Position numbers and translations under genes: made by a program | Notes under the pieces: generated by a model | Databases searched by the model: none | The model's input: the letters and a program-made list of their open reading frames with translations, nothing else | Told to the model about the DNA's origin: nothing | From: Felis catus | Taxonomy: Eukaryota | Assembly (NCBI RefSeq): GCF_018350175.1 | Contig: NC_058375.1 | Location: 194,742,001 to 194,806,000, forward strand | Direction of reading: 5' to 3' | DNA: 64,000 nt | Shown: positions 39,123-51,244 of the stretch, one piece after another | How positions within the stretch are numbered: the first letter of the stretch is position 1 | Layout of the letters: each line of letters starts with the position of its first letter

Positions 39123-40610
39123 ATGTAAAATATTCCTCCAGAGAGGATTTCCATTTCCTTTCTCAGGCATGGAAGCAGCACTAACCTAAGATTATTTTTA
39201 AATGATCTTTTTAGTGGTCAAGGAGCATGGAAGTCATACCCATTCTAGTCCAAATGTATACAAAAACGTGGGATTTTGATTAGGAGTTCTCATAAAAGAA
39301 TCTTTTTTGTTTTGTTTTTTGTTTGTTTGTTTATTTCTGTTTTACCCAGAGCCAGAGCCAAGTCTTTTCAGGCAAACCTACTTCTGTGGGGTAGATCTTT
39401 TTCTTATTCATTCACTGAACATAAGTCACACCTGGGATCTTGGCTTTATGTAGGAATGAATGAACTGACCTCCCACTCTGCTTGGGCCCAGACATTTAAC
39501 TCATGGCCCATTGAAAACCCAGGGTCTGGCCTCTCCACAGTCAGTAGAAACCCTCAGGGTAATTATTCCTATGCTTGCTCTCACCCCTTTCTTTCCCCCA
39601 CCCAAAATAATACTTTCTTGTAATTTCTTCTCTCCAGCAGTCTATTATCTCATGTTAGAAACAAAAGAAAGACAAAATGAAAACTTTGGGCGATATTTTA
39701 TCCAGTATTTTTAGAAGTCTAAACCAAAGGAAGTTTGTTTCTACACGTAATCCATCAGATTGTCAGAAACAGAAGACTTTATTTAGTTTTTATAATACCC
39801 AAAATTTTAGTGTGATATGAGTAACTGTTAAAATGACTAGCCATCTAGACCATGTACTAAAATATAATGCCTGCCTCTAGCCTGATAACCAAATGATTTC
39901 AGTTGCCCACAGCTACTGTGGAAATGAGCAAGGGCAGAGACAGCCTGTCAGTTACTTACTGATCTCAGTCAGGCAGAGAATTCAATATAGGCTAAGTAAT
40001 AAATACTGACTCACAAGCACATATCCTCTAGCAAACGAGGTTCCAATGCACATTAGGACCCACAATAACTGCTTATTCCCATTGGTTTTAAATAAATAGG
40101 TACCCTATGCCAGCAAGAGCTTTATATTTTATTGTAAGGCAATAAAAATATTATGTAATTCCCCAGGGGCCAACATAAAATATTCAGTCTTTTAAAACAG
40201 TTAGTTCCTGTCCAGTGTTTTTTATATGAGTTTTCAGAATCAGTTAGGTTTCTTCTCACATAATAAGTTTAGATATAGTCCTTCAGGGAAAGAAATGTAT
40301 TGCAATTATAACCTTCAATTAACCATCGTATCTTGGTAACAATATTTTCTAAGTCCCCAGGCAAAATAAAGCACAGCTGCTTGAATTAGTGTTCCAATTC
40401 TCTCCTTCACTTTCATAAAGGAAACATTCAATATACATAATGATCTTATAAAATGCAGGAAAAGTGACAAAGGAAGTCAAGGAGAAGCAGCCAACCCTTG
40501 AAGTTTTCTAGTCATAGAATGTTAGAGAAATCCGTGCTGCATAATGACATTCTTATGACATTTTGTAGCTCTAACTAAATAGCTTTGTAGTCATTGCAGA
40601 GAACACCTTA

Positions 40611-40694
40611 TATAAGAGTGAACCATGTGAAATTGTTAGTATTCAACTATTTTTGACCTTCAAACTTATAAATTCCATAAGATTTCACTGAATA
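40611..40694. mobile_element. MADE2-like (mariner-derived MITE) relic
   Basis: tgaaccatgtgaaattg...atttttgacct.caaa...aattccataagatttcactgaata resembles the recalled ~80-bp palindromic MADE2 consensus. Confidence 0.6.
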
Positions 40695-41070
40695 TTTTAG
40701 GTTAATCTAATCTTCCCAGTTAAAATTGGTTCCTGCCTTGTCTAGGACTATAAGGTTATGCAACAATTGAATTGAAGCTACTCTTTGGCATTACAAAACA
40801 TAAAAAGGTAATCTAGCAGACATGCTAATAAGACAGAAATTTAAATACGCCTACTTTTCTTTCAGGACCACCAGTAAAAATTCTCTGTGGTATACCAATG
40901 GTATCAAATTTTGTTTAGATGTTCACTTTTGACTATGCTCTGATACTCTGTGGTTTTCATCCATGCAGCGTTCTTCTGATTCATTTTTCTCCATTTGTGC
41001 TGTTGTTCTGTGTGATGTGAGTCCATCCCTATCCATTCTGTCATGTCTCCATTTTTTGCTGCTTCTTCAG

Positions 41071-41090
41071 ATTGCGCTGAACTGTAAGAG
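41071..41090 (+). other. UNC80: Candidate cryptic/poison microexon (20 nt) of UNC80
   Basis: ttttttgctgcttcttcag|ATTGCGCTGAACTGTAAGAG|gtaagc has a strong acceptor, a strong donor and an upstream YCAY cluster. Confidence 0.45.
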
Positions 41091-43497
41091 GTAAGCTCCA
41101 TCAAAAAGAGGAAAAATTGACTCTTCTCTATGTCCAGGAAGAATTCTTTTTGTCCAAGGTATTCTAGAACTCTGCCCCTAAAATCAATACTTTCTAAACT
41201 ATACTCTGAAAGGAATTTATAAGGAAAATAATTCCCTATAGCCACACCCCATCTAAAATGCCTTGAAAGCTCTTTCATACACATTGTGAAGTCAGTACTT
41301 AATGCTAAGTATCTTCTACCAGGATGCACAGTAGAGTCCTTAGCTTTGTAGAGTCCTCAACAACTTCCTCAATTGTCTGTATAGTAAGATATATACTACA
41401 ATACCCCCAGAAAGTGGTACTATTCAGTGTCATCTTGACTATAGTATTTCAAGTCTGCTTTCATCCACCAGGTTGATGAGGATTATAATAAAAAGGCAAT
41501 GTTTGAGTTACTCTATGTCCTCATCCCTTAATGCAGATAGTGACATTTCCAAAAGTTACCTACTTTTACAGTTAACATGGATCAAATTCATCAGATAATA
41601 ATCAACCCTCCTTTTCATGTTGTGCTGTATAGTTAATGGGAATTATTTTCATAATGATCTCGATTCCATTTCCAAACTTTAGATTAGGATTTCCTAGGGC
41701 TGATAACTGGTAATATCTGAGTTTTATTATAACTAGTTTTTATGAACAGAAAATCAAAATTGCTTTTCATTCCAAATGCCCTGAGCTTTCTAAGCTTTCT
41801 TCTGAAGGAGGCAAGCCAATGTACATAGGAAAAACCACAAAGCACAATTTGGATTTTTCATTCATCTATTATTAATCTTTTCAGTGTCATCTAATAGATA
41901 AGGGCAATAAAAAGATCCTCTGCCCCATACATTTGAGTTAGGCTAATTTTCGACCTTGGTAATTCTGTAGGAGCCAGGGTTTACAACATAATGCCACCCT
42001 AACAGTGGTTCTGTCTTCCTGTCATTAAGCAATGAATCCCATTGCTTTATATTGGGAATGTGTCAAAATTTGATGGGTTGACAACAAATTTACATGACTC
42101 ACCTTGCCTTCCAGACTGCCATCCATTTTTACAAACAGATGTTCAAGCCTTTTCCAGACACAGATTAGCATATCTGAGATATGTAGTAAAATAAATATTT
42201 AATACAAGAAAAGAGCATAGACGTTTAATCTGTATGTTATGGTACCCCAATACTGATAGGTTTAACGCAGAAAATCATTTGACCCTCTCAATCTCGTCTT
42301 TCTATTCCTGTGACCTACTACCAAATCTTGGCACCAATGCAGTGAATGATAGATTTTCATCATTAGTGTCCACTTTTTTTTTTAATGATAGGTTCTCACC
42401 ATTAATGTTCATCTGGTACTCTACCTTTCCGCATAGGTTAACTTTGCATGTAGTATCGATGCATCATATGCTTTGTGATATTAAGTTCCTACATAAATAT
42501 ATTTCTTATCAGAACTCTTGATGGCTTCCTTTAAGTTGTGGACAATGAGAAAATGCTTAAAGGCTAACTTACTAGAATCATTCAGTGTGTTTGAGATACT
42601 GTGGTATTCAAAGAATGAAGTAACCAACTCTGCCTAAGAAGAGAAACATTAAGGAAGGCTTCTTAGAGGAAGTAACTAAACTTATTAGTAAAAGTGGGAA
42701 TTTACAAGATGGGAAAAAGGCTTAACAGCTCCACAAATCATGGAAACAACATGTGAAAAGGTGTAAGATGTCATATTTAAGGGACTGTAACCTGTTTGTT
42801 ATAGTTAGACCATAGAGTACTTGATACAGAGATAGAAAGGGAGATGAACCAGATAACAAAGGTTGAGTATCTTTATTCATGTTATGATTGAGATGGATGG
42901 AGCCTATAATAAATTTTAAATAGGAAAATGATATGATCATATATTTGTGTTTTAGAGAGTAACGTTACATGACTTTAATGCCCCATTTAAAAAAAATGAC
43001 TTTCTATACACATTCTAGAAATCATCTTTGTCAAGATTTATCTGTGTATATATTAAGACAATGCAGGTACCAAAGAGAAACTAGCAACAATTTGTACATT
43101 AGAAAGGCCTGGTATTGAATCCTGTGTTCACCTCTTCCCAGCTGCATGATCATAGAAAAATTATGCCTCATTTTTAAAAACATTGAAATGAGGATATTAT
43201 TTCTAGTCTAGAGGTTTGTTATTATTCAGAATGACGACTCATAAAAGCTAATCAACATGTAATTGATACTCTCTATATATTAGCCCCTATTTTAATATTG
43301 TGGATTAATGAATCATTAAGAATATTATTGTTTGAAATGTTGAAAAGCATTGGTTACTAATCAGCTTATGGCTATTAGGTAACTCTGAGTTGATGGCCAG
43401 TATTGTGATGTATTTTTTTAAACTGGCTCAAGTTAAATATACACATTGTTGATGTATGTACTTTTTGTTACCTGTTGACCTTCTATGGGAATGTTCC

Positions 43498-43498
43498 T

Positions 43499-43534
<36 letters not shown>

Positions 43535-43546
43535 TTTATTTATTTT
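43498..43546. repeat. (TTTA)n microsatellite
   Basis: Read directly from the sequence. Confidence 0.9.
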
Positions 43547-44372
43547 AGCTTGTGAAGATTTCAGTAGGTAGATGATCCTTACTAGTTTCTTGGTATTAAC
43601 TGAAAGTTGTTTCTTCTTTTCTTTTTTTTTAAGCACATCTTGACATGACAAGATGGAACCATATTTCTCTTTTTTTGAATAAATGCTCTGTTTTTCATTT
43701 ATCAATTGAATAATTTCCTCTTTGTCAAACATTTTCAATTGAAACCATGCCCATTTAAGCAGAATTTTATCTGTTATTCATCACAAAGTAAAGGGGACAA
43801 AAGACTAACTCAACAAAATCTAATAAGCACTTCCTTTTCTTATTAGCCAAAATGCGCAGGAACAGTTGTACTTCTTTGGAGTGTGTGGATGGTCATAGAT
43901 AACATTATCGTTGGAACAAGATCACTATTGACTCCCTTGATTAACATAAGACTAGTTCTAGAAATTGAATATTTGTTTGGCTTGGGTTAAAATTTTAGGT
44001 TTAACAAAAGCTTCATATTAAAAAACTCCTTTGAACATTATCTCACTCTCCTATGCAAATCCCAGCTGCCTCTTAAATATGCAATGATAAAGTCATAAAA
44101 TTACTTGAGATTCTTCAAAAGGGGAAAGCTAAACACAGAAATCTACTTAAAATGTCTAATTCTTCAGTATGCAAATTTGCCTTCAAAGATTCATTTTCCA
44201 GAATTCCCACTACTGTTAACCATGCTACTACCAGTCTGCACTCTGGGAAATATGACTAACCTAAATCAAGGCATGGGGACTAAAATAAACTAAGAGTACT
44301 TAGTAATTCCCTTTAAGGTCGGCCTATTGCTCATTAATCCAACATCATTCTTTCCTCCACAACCGTCCTCAG

Positions 44373-44585
44373 GAAGCTCCTGTGGTAGCCAGAGCAGCTC
44401 TGTTTCTGGAATGTGCCCGTTTTGTTCACCGCTGCAACCGCGGCAACTGGCCAGAGTGGATGAAAGGGCATCACGTGAATATCACGAAGAAAGGCCTTTC
44501 CAGGGGACGCTCTCCCATTGTGGGCAACAAACGGAACCAGAAGCTACAGTGGAATGCTGCCAAGCTCTTCTACCAATGGGGAGAC
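44373..44585 (+). CDS. UNC80: UNC80 internal exon: EAPVVARAALFLECARFVHRCNRGNWPEWMKGHHVNITKKGLSRGRSPIVGNKRNQKLQWNAAKLFYQWGD
   Basis: Acceptor ccgtcctcag| and donor GAC|gtgagc; 213 nt, phase 0 to 0. Confidence 0.97.
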
Positions 44586-44989
44586 GTGAGCTTACGATTT
44601 TCTTATATAAAAATTCAGGTGCTTGGGTGAAGTGAAGAAGTTCTATGTTTTTGTTTGTCTGTTTGTTTGCTTGTGAGACAATTTATTGAGTATCTGTTAT
44701 GTACCATGCAGTGAAAAAAAACATTTTAGGGGAAGATAAACTTAATTCATTTAATGTTCTCAATAAATCTATGAAGTTAGACATTATTTCCTGTCTCCTT
44801 CCTTGGTCCCCTGCCTCCTTCCCCCCTATAAATATAGACATTCCCAGAATTTATTATAGTTTTTTCCTGCATAACCTCCCCCAGGAGTACATTTATGCCT
44901 GTATTTTTAACTGTAACCTATATGCCAGTAGCATAGACTTCTCTATCCATAGCACTGTTCAGATCCCAGGCCAGCATTACCAACTGTAC

Positions 44990-46200
44990 TCTGGAAGCAT
45001 TCACTCAATACCCTGAAACACAATCTGACCAAAATAAAACTCTTCTTCCAATATAAATACACCCTCATCTGCAACCTTTCCTGAACTTTCTATTCTTATA
45101 AATGGTAACACCATTTATCTAAGATGACAGTCTTTGAACATATTCCATCCTTCCTTCCCTTATTGATTCCACCTCTTCCATGTCACTGATGTCCTTTTAG
45201 GTCACATCTTTGTTCTTTTTCATCTGGATGGCTAAAATATTTTCTGATTTGGTCTTCTTCCCACAATCTCCCCTCATCTGACCCATTCTACACACTGCCA
45301 ACAAAATGATCTCCAAATGGCAGAGCCCATCTGAAAGCAGAACATTCATACTTATCTCCCGGCTTCCAGATTTACCCTCTCTAATTCATTCTCCAAACTG
45401 CTCTCACAGTGATTAGGCTAAAATGCAAATCAGATTGTGTTTCTTACCAACTTACAATGCTTCAGTGGCCTTCCTTTTCCCTTGGGATAAAACCCAAATT
45501 ACTTAGCCTGACATCACTGCTCTCTCCACAGCCTTTATTCAAACTACAGCAAGATTATGGATGATGAAGTCAAATGACCTAATGTATCTAAAAGAACATT
45601 TATCTCAATCCTTTGTGTCTAACAGGTGTTCAGTAATAATAAGTTATTACATTAATTTCTGAAAGCAGGATACACGGTTTGTGCATTTCTAGGCAGTTAA
45701 CACAGAGTCTCTCAAAAGAGTAAGGGTTCTCCCCCATTCACACATTGCCTTTCATCATTCTTCAGAATACAAAATGAGGTTCAGCTTCAAGAACTATAGA
45801 TCTAGGCCCAATCTACCCTCCCAGCCTTCCTGCACATGTTTCTCTCTCACAAAATTGTGCTTCAGCCAAGTGGCTTACTTGTCAGTCTCTGAACAGATCT
45901 GTGCACTTCCTTGACAGATCTTTTGGAACTCCCTACCTGGAGTATCCACTCCTCTTCTTCTCCATTAGCCCAAACACCAATTCTTCAACATCTACAGCAA
46001 TCTACAGAAAAGAGACACTGTATGATTCTCTGAACTGAATCTAATCTGTCCATCTCCTGAACTAATAAAATACTTTTTGTCTCTTTCATCAGTTAATGTG
46101 TTATTTTGATGTGTTGTTGCCTCCCCCAGGAGACTGTAAGCTCCTTGAGGGGAAGAGCAAAAGACAGATACCCTATGCTTGGATCTCAGACCATGGTTGC
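44990..46200 (+). mobile_element. Decayed L2 fragments
   Basis: aatggtaacaccatttatct, cccattctacacactgcca and gactgtaagctccttgagggg are L2 3'-region phrases. Confidence 0.6.
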
Positions 46201-47894
46201 TGAACAACCTTCAGCAAGTCTTTCAACCTCCCTCACCTTCCCAGTTGCCAAACAGTGACCCTTCTAGATGAAGGCTTGTAATCTACTAGGGCACATTCAG
46301 CAAAGATACTGGCATACTGTAACAATTTATTCAACTCTATGTGTTATTTACTACCTAACAAATTACCTCACTTAATAAATATTTGATGGAAAAAAAAAAG
46401 GAACAAACCTATCCCTAAGGCATTTTTCTAGCCTTGGAAGAGACAAAGAGCTCTAAATTATTATCTAGACATTTAGTGTTATCCAAGGCAAGTTCATTTT
46501 CTGAGCAACTCTTTAAGCTTTCTGAATTGTGGATTTAACTTAAATTGTTTAGTGTCAACATCCTGGAAAGATCCATGTAGATTTTTTCCCCCTTTGAATT
46601 TCACCATTAAGTTTGTTGGCTCCATTCCAGACTCATAATTGCATGTCTCCTTCTTTAGAGAGGATCTCCAAATAGTGGCATCAGGACAAGGCTTTTTGTT
46701 GAGGTAGTGGTTTTTATTTTTAATGTTTTTCTTTGTTTGCTTAAAACTTCTCAGGTTAGTGACTAAACTTTTAGGATGCCATGACACCTTTTTACAATGC
46801 TTTCCTTCTCATTGATATAGTTTTTGTTACTTGGCACTTAATTCCAGAGTTTAAGGAGAGCTTTTTCTTTCCAGATAGTCAAGACATTCAAATGACTTGC
46901 GTTTTTATTTAAAGAGTTTTGGACATATCCTCATCAATTTGTAGTACTTTGTCTAATTTCTTGCATGCCCAGAATTTAGCAACCTTTCTGAGTATTTGAA
47001 AGAAGTAATACCAGAAGGAAGAAGAAAATTAGTCGGAATTTATACCTATGAATGCATAGACAAGTTCAGTGCTCATTTTAGCTTTTGACTCTCCTTCCTA
47101 AGCACGTGTCTTTTATTGTACACAGTATGTAATTGGAACATAAAAATAATTAGACAGAGGTGGTGTATTTTGTCTCTTCTTGTGGAAAATTCCTTTTGGC
47201 AAATCAGACAATAGTGCATGATGATTCAGAAGAACAGATAGCAGGTATTGGTTCCATGTTGATGTTGGATACTCTACCAAAGGAATAGTTAGTGTCTCTT
47301 ACTCATTCATAGACTATCATGGAGTGGGAGAACAAAGTCTATAAAAAAGACATTACTTTGTACATAATGCCAGATATAAATAAAATTGCTGTACTAGAAT
47401 TCTTGCCAACCTCCAAACTCATTAGCATGGCAGTGACATTCTCATAAAATAGCATAATCAGAAGCACTCTGAGGAACTGAGAGTTCTTATTTTTTTACTA
47501 CAACAAAATCCTCCATTAAAAACAACTTTGCACTCCCTTATATGAGACCTATGAAATAAATGTCCTTCAAGTAAGTGGAAATATATTCAGAAAAAAAAAT
47601 TTGTATGAGAACACAAAGGTTTTGTTCCAGTTCCTACAAGTCTTCAGACTAAATGACCTTGGAGATAGTGTCAATGCCATCCACCCCTGGGTTTCTACAT
47701 AAAGAAACGTGGTGAGTACAGCACATTGGCATATAGAGGAGGCTTATGTATCAGTGTCAATCTCTTTGTTTAATATGCCCTACTAGATGATATATACCTT
47801 CCCATTAACAGTTGCTTATGGACTCTGTAATGTGAAAGCCTATTTTTCAGTCTGACATGCTTTGTGCTGTTTCACTCTTTTTCTCCCATGCTAG

Positions 47895-48030
47895 GCAATT
47901 GGCATCCGGTTGAATGAGCTGTGCCATGGGGAAAGTGAAAGCCCCGCCAANNNNNNNNNNNNNNNNNNNNNNNNNNNNNNNNNNNNNNNNNNNNNNNNNN
48001 NNNNNNNNNNNNNNNNNNNNNNNNNNNNNN
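47895..48030 (+). CDS. UNC80: UNC80 internal exon, 3' part masked: AIGIRLNELCHGESESPA(N)...; end inferred
   Basis: The acceptor ctcccatgctag| and 56 coding nt are visible. The end (~48030, phase 1) is inferred from the recalled continuation LLGLIYDEETKRRLRKEDEEEDFLDD(S) and the phase of the next exon. Confidence 0.85.
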
Positions 48031-49705
48031 NNNNNNNNNNNNNNNNNNNNNNNNNNNNNNNNNNNNNNNNNNNNNNNNNNNNNNGGAGCACTTAATATTT
48101 CTCTTTCCTCTTTCATATTCTTACCACCTTCCCATGTCTCCCCACTGCTCCTTTTCCCTGATTCCCTGTGCATGGATGTAACGCATGTGCATAAAGCCAC
48201 ACAAAGAGAGGGCAAGAACCAAAAAGAGAAGACCATAGACAGACACAAGGAGTTGCAGCCAATACAGAACATCCAATGCTTTGTAGTCTGTGACTCTTAC
48301 TATTATACAAAGGTTAGTATTAGGCCTCTCTGAGAAAATATAGTTGTGGAAAATTACTGAACCAGAAGAGGTTCACTCAGGTTTTGCATTTTGTTATTGC
48401 TCTTGGAGATTAAAAAAAAATGGACCAAATAAAATTGAACATGAAATGCTTCCCAAATCATTAAAATAGTGAATTATTTGATTATAGTTTTTAACATGAA
48501 TTTGAAATATTAAACAATTCAGATTTCTAGAAGTGTGAATGTCTGCTGTACTGTACTTCTTTGTTAAAATTAGAAGTGAGTCCCACCATAGACAAAGAGA
48601 TTCCTGTACACTCCTCTTCAACACCATTTTGCGCATACGTGTGTTGTATACCATACAAGCGTGTTGTGTATGTGTACTACTACCTAAATAAAATTCCTAA
48701 ATGGTTATGGAATTGGTGACATTATCTGATGAAGACAATAATACTTCTTCCTCTTGCCTTTCCCCAGTGGTTTGAAATTTAGACTCCCTGATTATATGTT
48801 AAAGACTGTTGTCAGTTAAGCAATACCAAGATGACTTCATCTTTCTAGTCTTAAACTGTAAAAGCACGGCTGGGTGTAATATTGAGCATAATTAAATAAT
48901 AATCAAAGAAAACTTATTGTCTTCTTTTCCACTTTCATACCAATGATTTTTTTGAAATTTTTTTCATCATTTTGCACTTTCTCATCCTTTATCACATCAG
49001 AGCAAATTTTCTTGACTTAGCTGCTAACAAAATACCAAATTCTGATATCAGTATTTCAGCCTACCAAGTGAACATTGGCCCCCAAAGATTCCCTCAAGTT
49101 CACAGGAGTCTAGACTATCCTAGAATGCCTTTGGATAATTGAATGGAGAATAGAATTGGATCTGGCCTTAAGACCACTTGAGGACTATCCAGCAATCATA
49201 GAACCTAGTGAAGACCCACCAGAAGACATCTCCAAACTGCCCTGGATCTCCTAAGCGTCCTTCAGAACACAGATGAGCTAAAGCACCATTAGATGGATAC
49301 ATCCTCACAGCCCAAAATGAGCTTTAATCTCCATGAGACCACATAAGTGTCATTTACCAATATGTTATGCCTGGTACTTGGGTTTTTGATGAGAGCATGT
49401 AGGACTCAATCATTGTTCATTTTAACAAAACATTTCAGATGATAGTTGCAAGAGAGCCTGGACTAAGACCAAGTTCACTGTTTACAGGATTGACAAGAAG
49501 AATCTGGATGATAATCTCAGGACAAGATCCAGAAGTTTATACTGAATATGTAGTGTTTGATCATTTCTTAAAAACTATTGCACATCCAAACAATTTAGTC
49601 TAGGCTTATATAGCCTCCATTGAAGAGAAGATTGAAATGTCTGGTTTAGTTCTGCTTTCTTGTCAGTACATAGCTCATCTTGCACTTAAAAGGTAATTAT
49701 GGCTC

Positions 49706-49931
49706 GAGTACCTGGGTGGCTCAGTCATTAAGTGTCTGACTCTTGACCTTGTCTCAGGTCATGAGCTCATGGTTTGTGAGATCAAGCCCCGTGTCAGACT
49801 CTGTGTGGATAGCATGAGCCTACTTGGGATTCTCTTTCTCCCTCTCTCTCTGCCCCTCTTCTACTAGCCCACATGCACTCTCCCTCTCTCACAAAATAAA
49901 TAAATAAACTTAAAAAAATTAGTAAGTAAAA
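49706..49931 (+). mobile_element. Can-SINE with 19-bp TSD (one mismatch)
   Basis: TSD taaaaggtaattatggctc (49687-49705) / taaaagataattatggctc (49932-49950). Confidence 0.93.
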
Positions 49932-50944
49932 TAAAAGATAATTATGGCTCCAGTAAATATCCATCTAGAAATTCCAGAGGACTTTGTCTCTTCCATTCTT
50001 AACAGGAAGCCGTGTCTCCAGCCACATACTATCTCTGGAGAAAAAGTAATGGTTTTCATGAGGAAATCACATATCTTCAGAAAGAACATCATTTCCACCC
50101 TCTCTCAGCTAAGCCATAATGTATACATGCTATTCAATTAAGAAAGCCTAATACACAGGAAATCTTTTACAAAGATATTTAGGAATGTTGATCTGTAGTT
50201 GTGATTGCTTGATGCCTTGATTCAAATAGATAACTATTTTCTTTCTAATTTGAGAGGGAGAACTTGACATTACTTTGGTCTTCTTTTCTGAATGTTGATA
50301 AATAATCAGTATATTTCTGTAGGATTAGTGACATGTATCTGAGAACCAATCTTAAGAATTTAAAACATCTCTATGGTGTCACCTTGGCCATTATCTGCCT
50401 CTATAGTAAAATCCATTGTTAGATCTATTATGGAGGCAACATTTTACTCATCCAAAGACTGATATTCTTCAGAATAAAAGAGAATATTTTTATACTTCTA
50501 GTGTAGCTATGCTTTAATATGATAGGCCAATTTGTATAAAGTGTATGATACAAGAGACCAAGTATGTCTTGTCTATGCTGCAGAAACACATCTGGGCTAA
50601 ATTGGAAGCAACATCACTGCCCTCAAGATAGATGTCTCTCACAAAATAAGGTGGTGAGATTTGTGTAGTCCCAAAAGTAGTTCACTACCCTGTACGCAGT
50701 CTAAATCTGACTAAATTAGCAATGTGAAAATCTTGCAAGACTGTTTTCCATTTCTGTTTTTGTTAAAAGGCTTTCTAGTTTAGTGGACTGTGTTATGTTA
50801 TGCTATGAATCTTAAGGAAAATAATTTAGTTCATATTGATTGATATCTTAATACTAAACAATACTAATTATAGAATTACAAAATGGAGGAAGAGAGAGGT
50901 ATATGGTAATGCATAGATCATGCTAAAAGGAATAGGTAAATTGA

Positions 50945-51034
50945 ACATGTATAGGTAACATTCTCATATGCAATTTCATTTTGGACATGTATAGGTGACA
51001 TTCTCATTTGCAATTTGATTTTACACATGTGTAG
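50945..51034. repeat. 40-bp tandem duplication (~2.25 copies)
   Basis: acatgtataggtaacattctcatatgcaatttcattttgg / acatgtataggtgacattctcatttgcaatttgattttac / acatgtgtag. Confidence 0.9.
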
Positions 51035-51110
51035 CTTTGTCCATCAAACCGTGCCTCTGTGTATGTTTTATTGATTTGTTTATTTAGGAAGGAACTCTTT
51101 CATTCCATAG

Positions 51111-51244
51111 GTACTGTGAACCCCTCTAAGTGTGGCTGCCCCTTTGCCTTGAAGATGGCGGCGTGCCAGCTTCTCCTGGAGATTACCACCTTCCTTCGAG
51201 AAACCTTTTCTTGCCTGCCCAGACCACGCACTGAGCCTCTGGTG
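51111..51244 (+). CDS. UNC80: UNC80 internal exon: (S)TVNPSKCGCPFALKMAACQLLLEITTFLRETFSCLPRPRTEPLV
   Basis: Acceptor ttcattccatag| and donor GTG|gtaagt; 134 nt, phase 1 to 0. Confidence 0.96.

Larger units (their letters stand above)
33480..39720 (-). mobile_element. Old, highly decayed L1M-type sequence hosting younger inserts
   Basis: A long T-rich tract with antisense-L1-like phrases (gatggacatt, ataccaaagtgtatttcaaagtagttgcaacaatt, agctattaatttccctc). Boundaries are approximate. Confidence 0.55.

Noticed and set aside
40904-41329. 141-aa minus-strand ORF overlapping the microexon candidate
   Set aside because: It is the purine-rich complement of a pyrimidine tract, with no recognisable domain and a non-ATG start.
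42437-42452. 13/16-nt segment that could restore frame after the 20-nt microexon
   Set aside because: The candidate donors (gtagta, gtatcg) are very weak.
51080-51110. Upstream alternative acceptor tttatttag| (51087)
   Set aside because: It adds 23 nt, is out of frame and meets TAG before the real exon; there is no other support.
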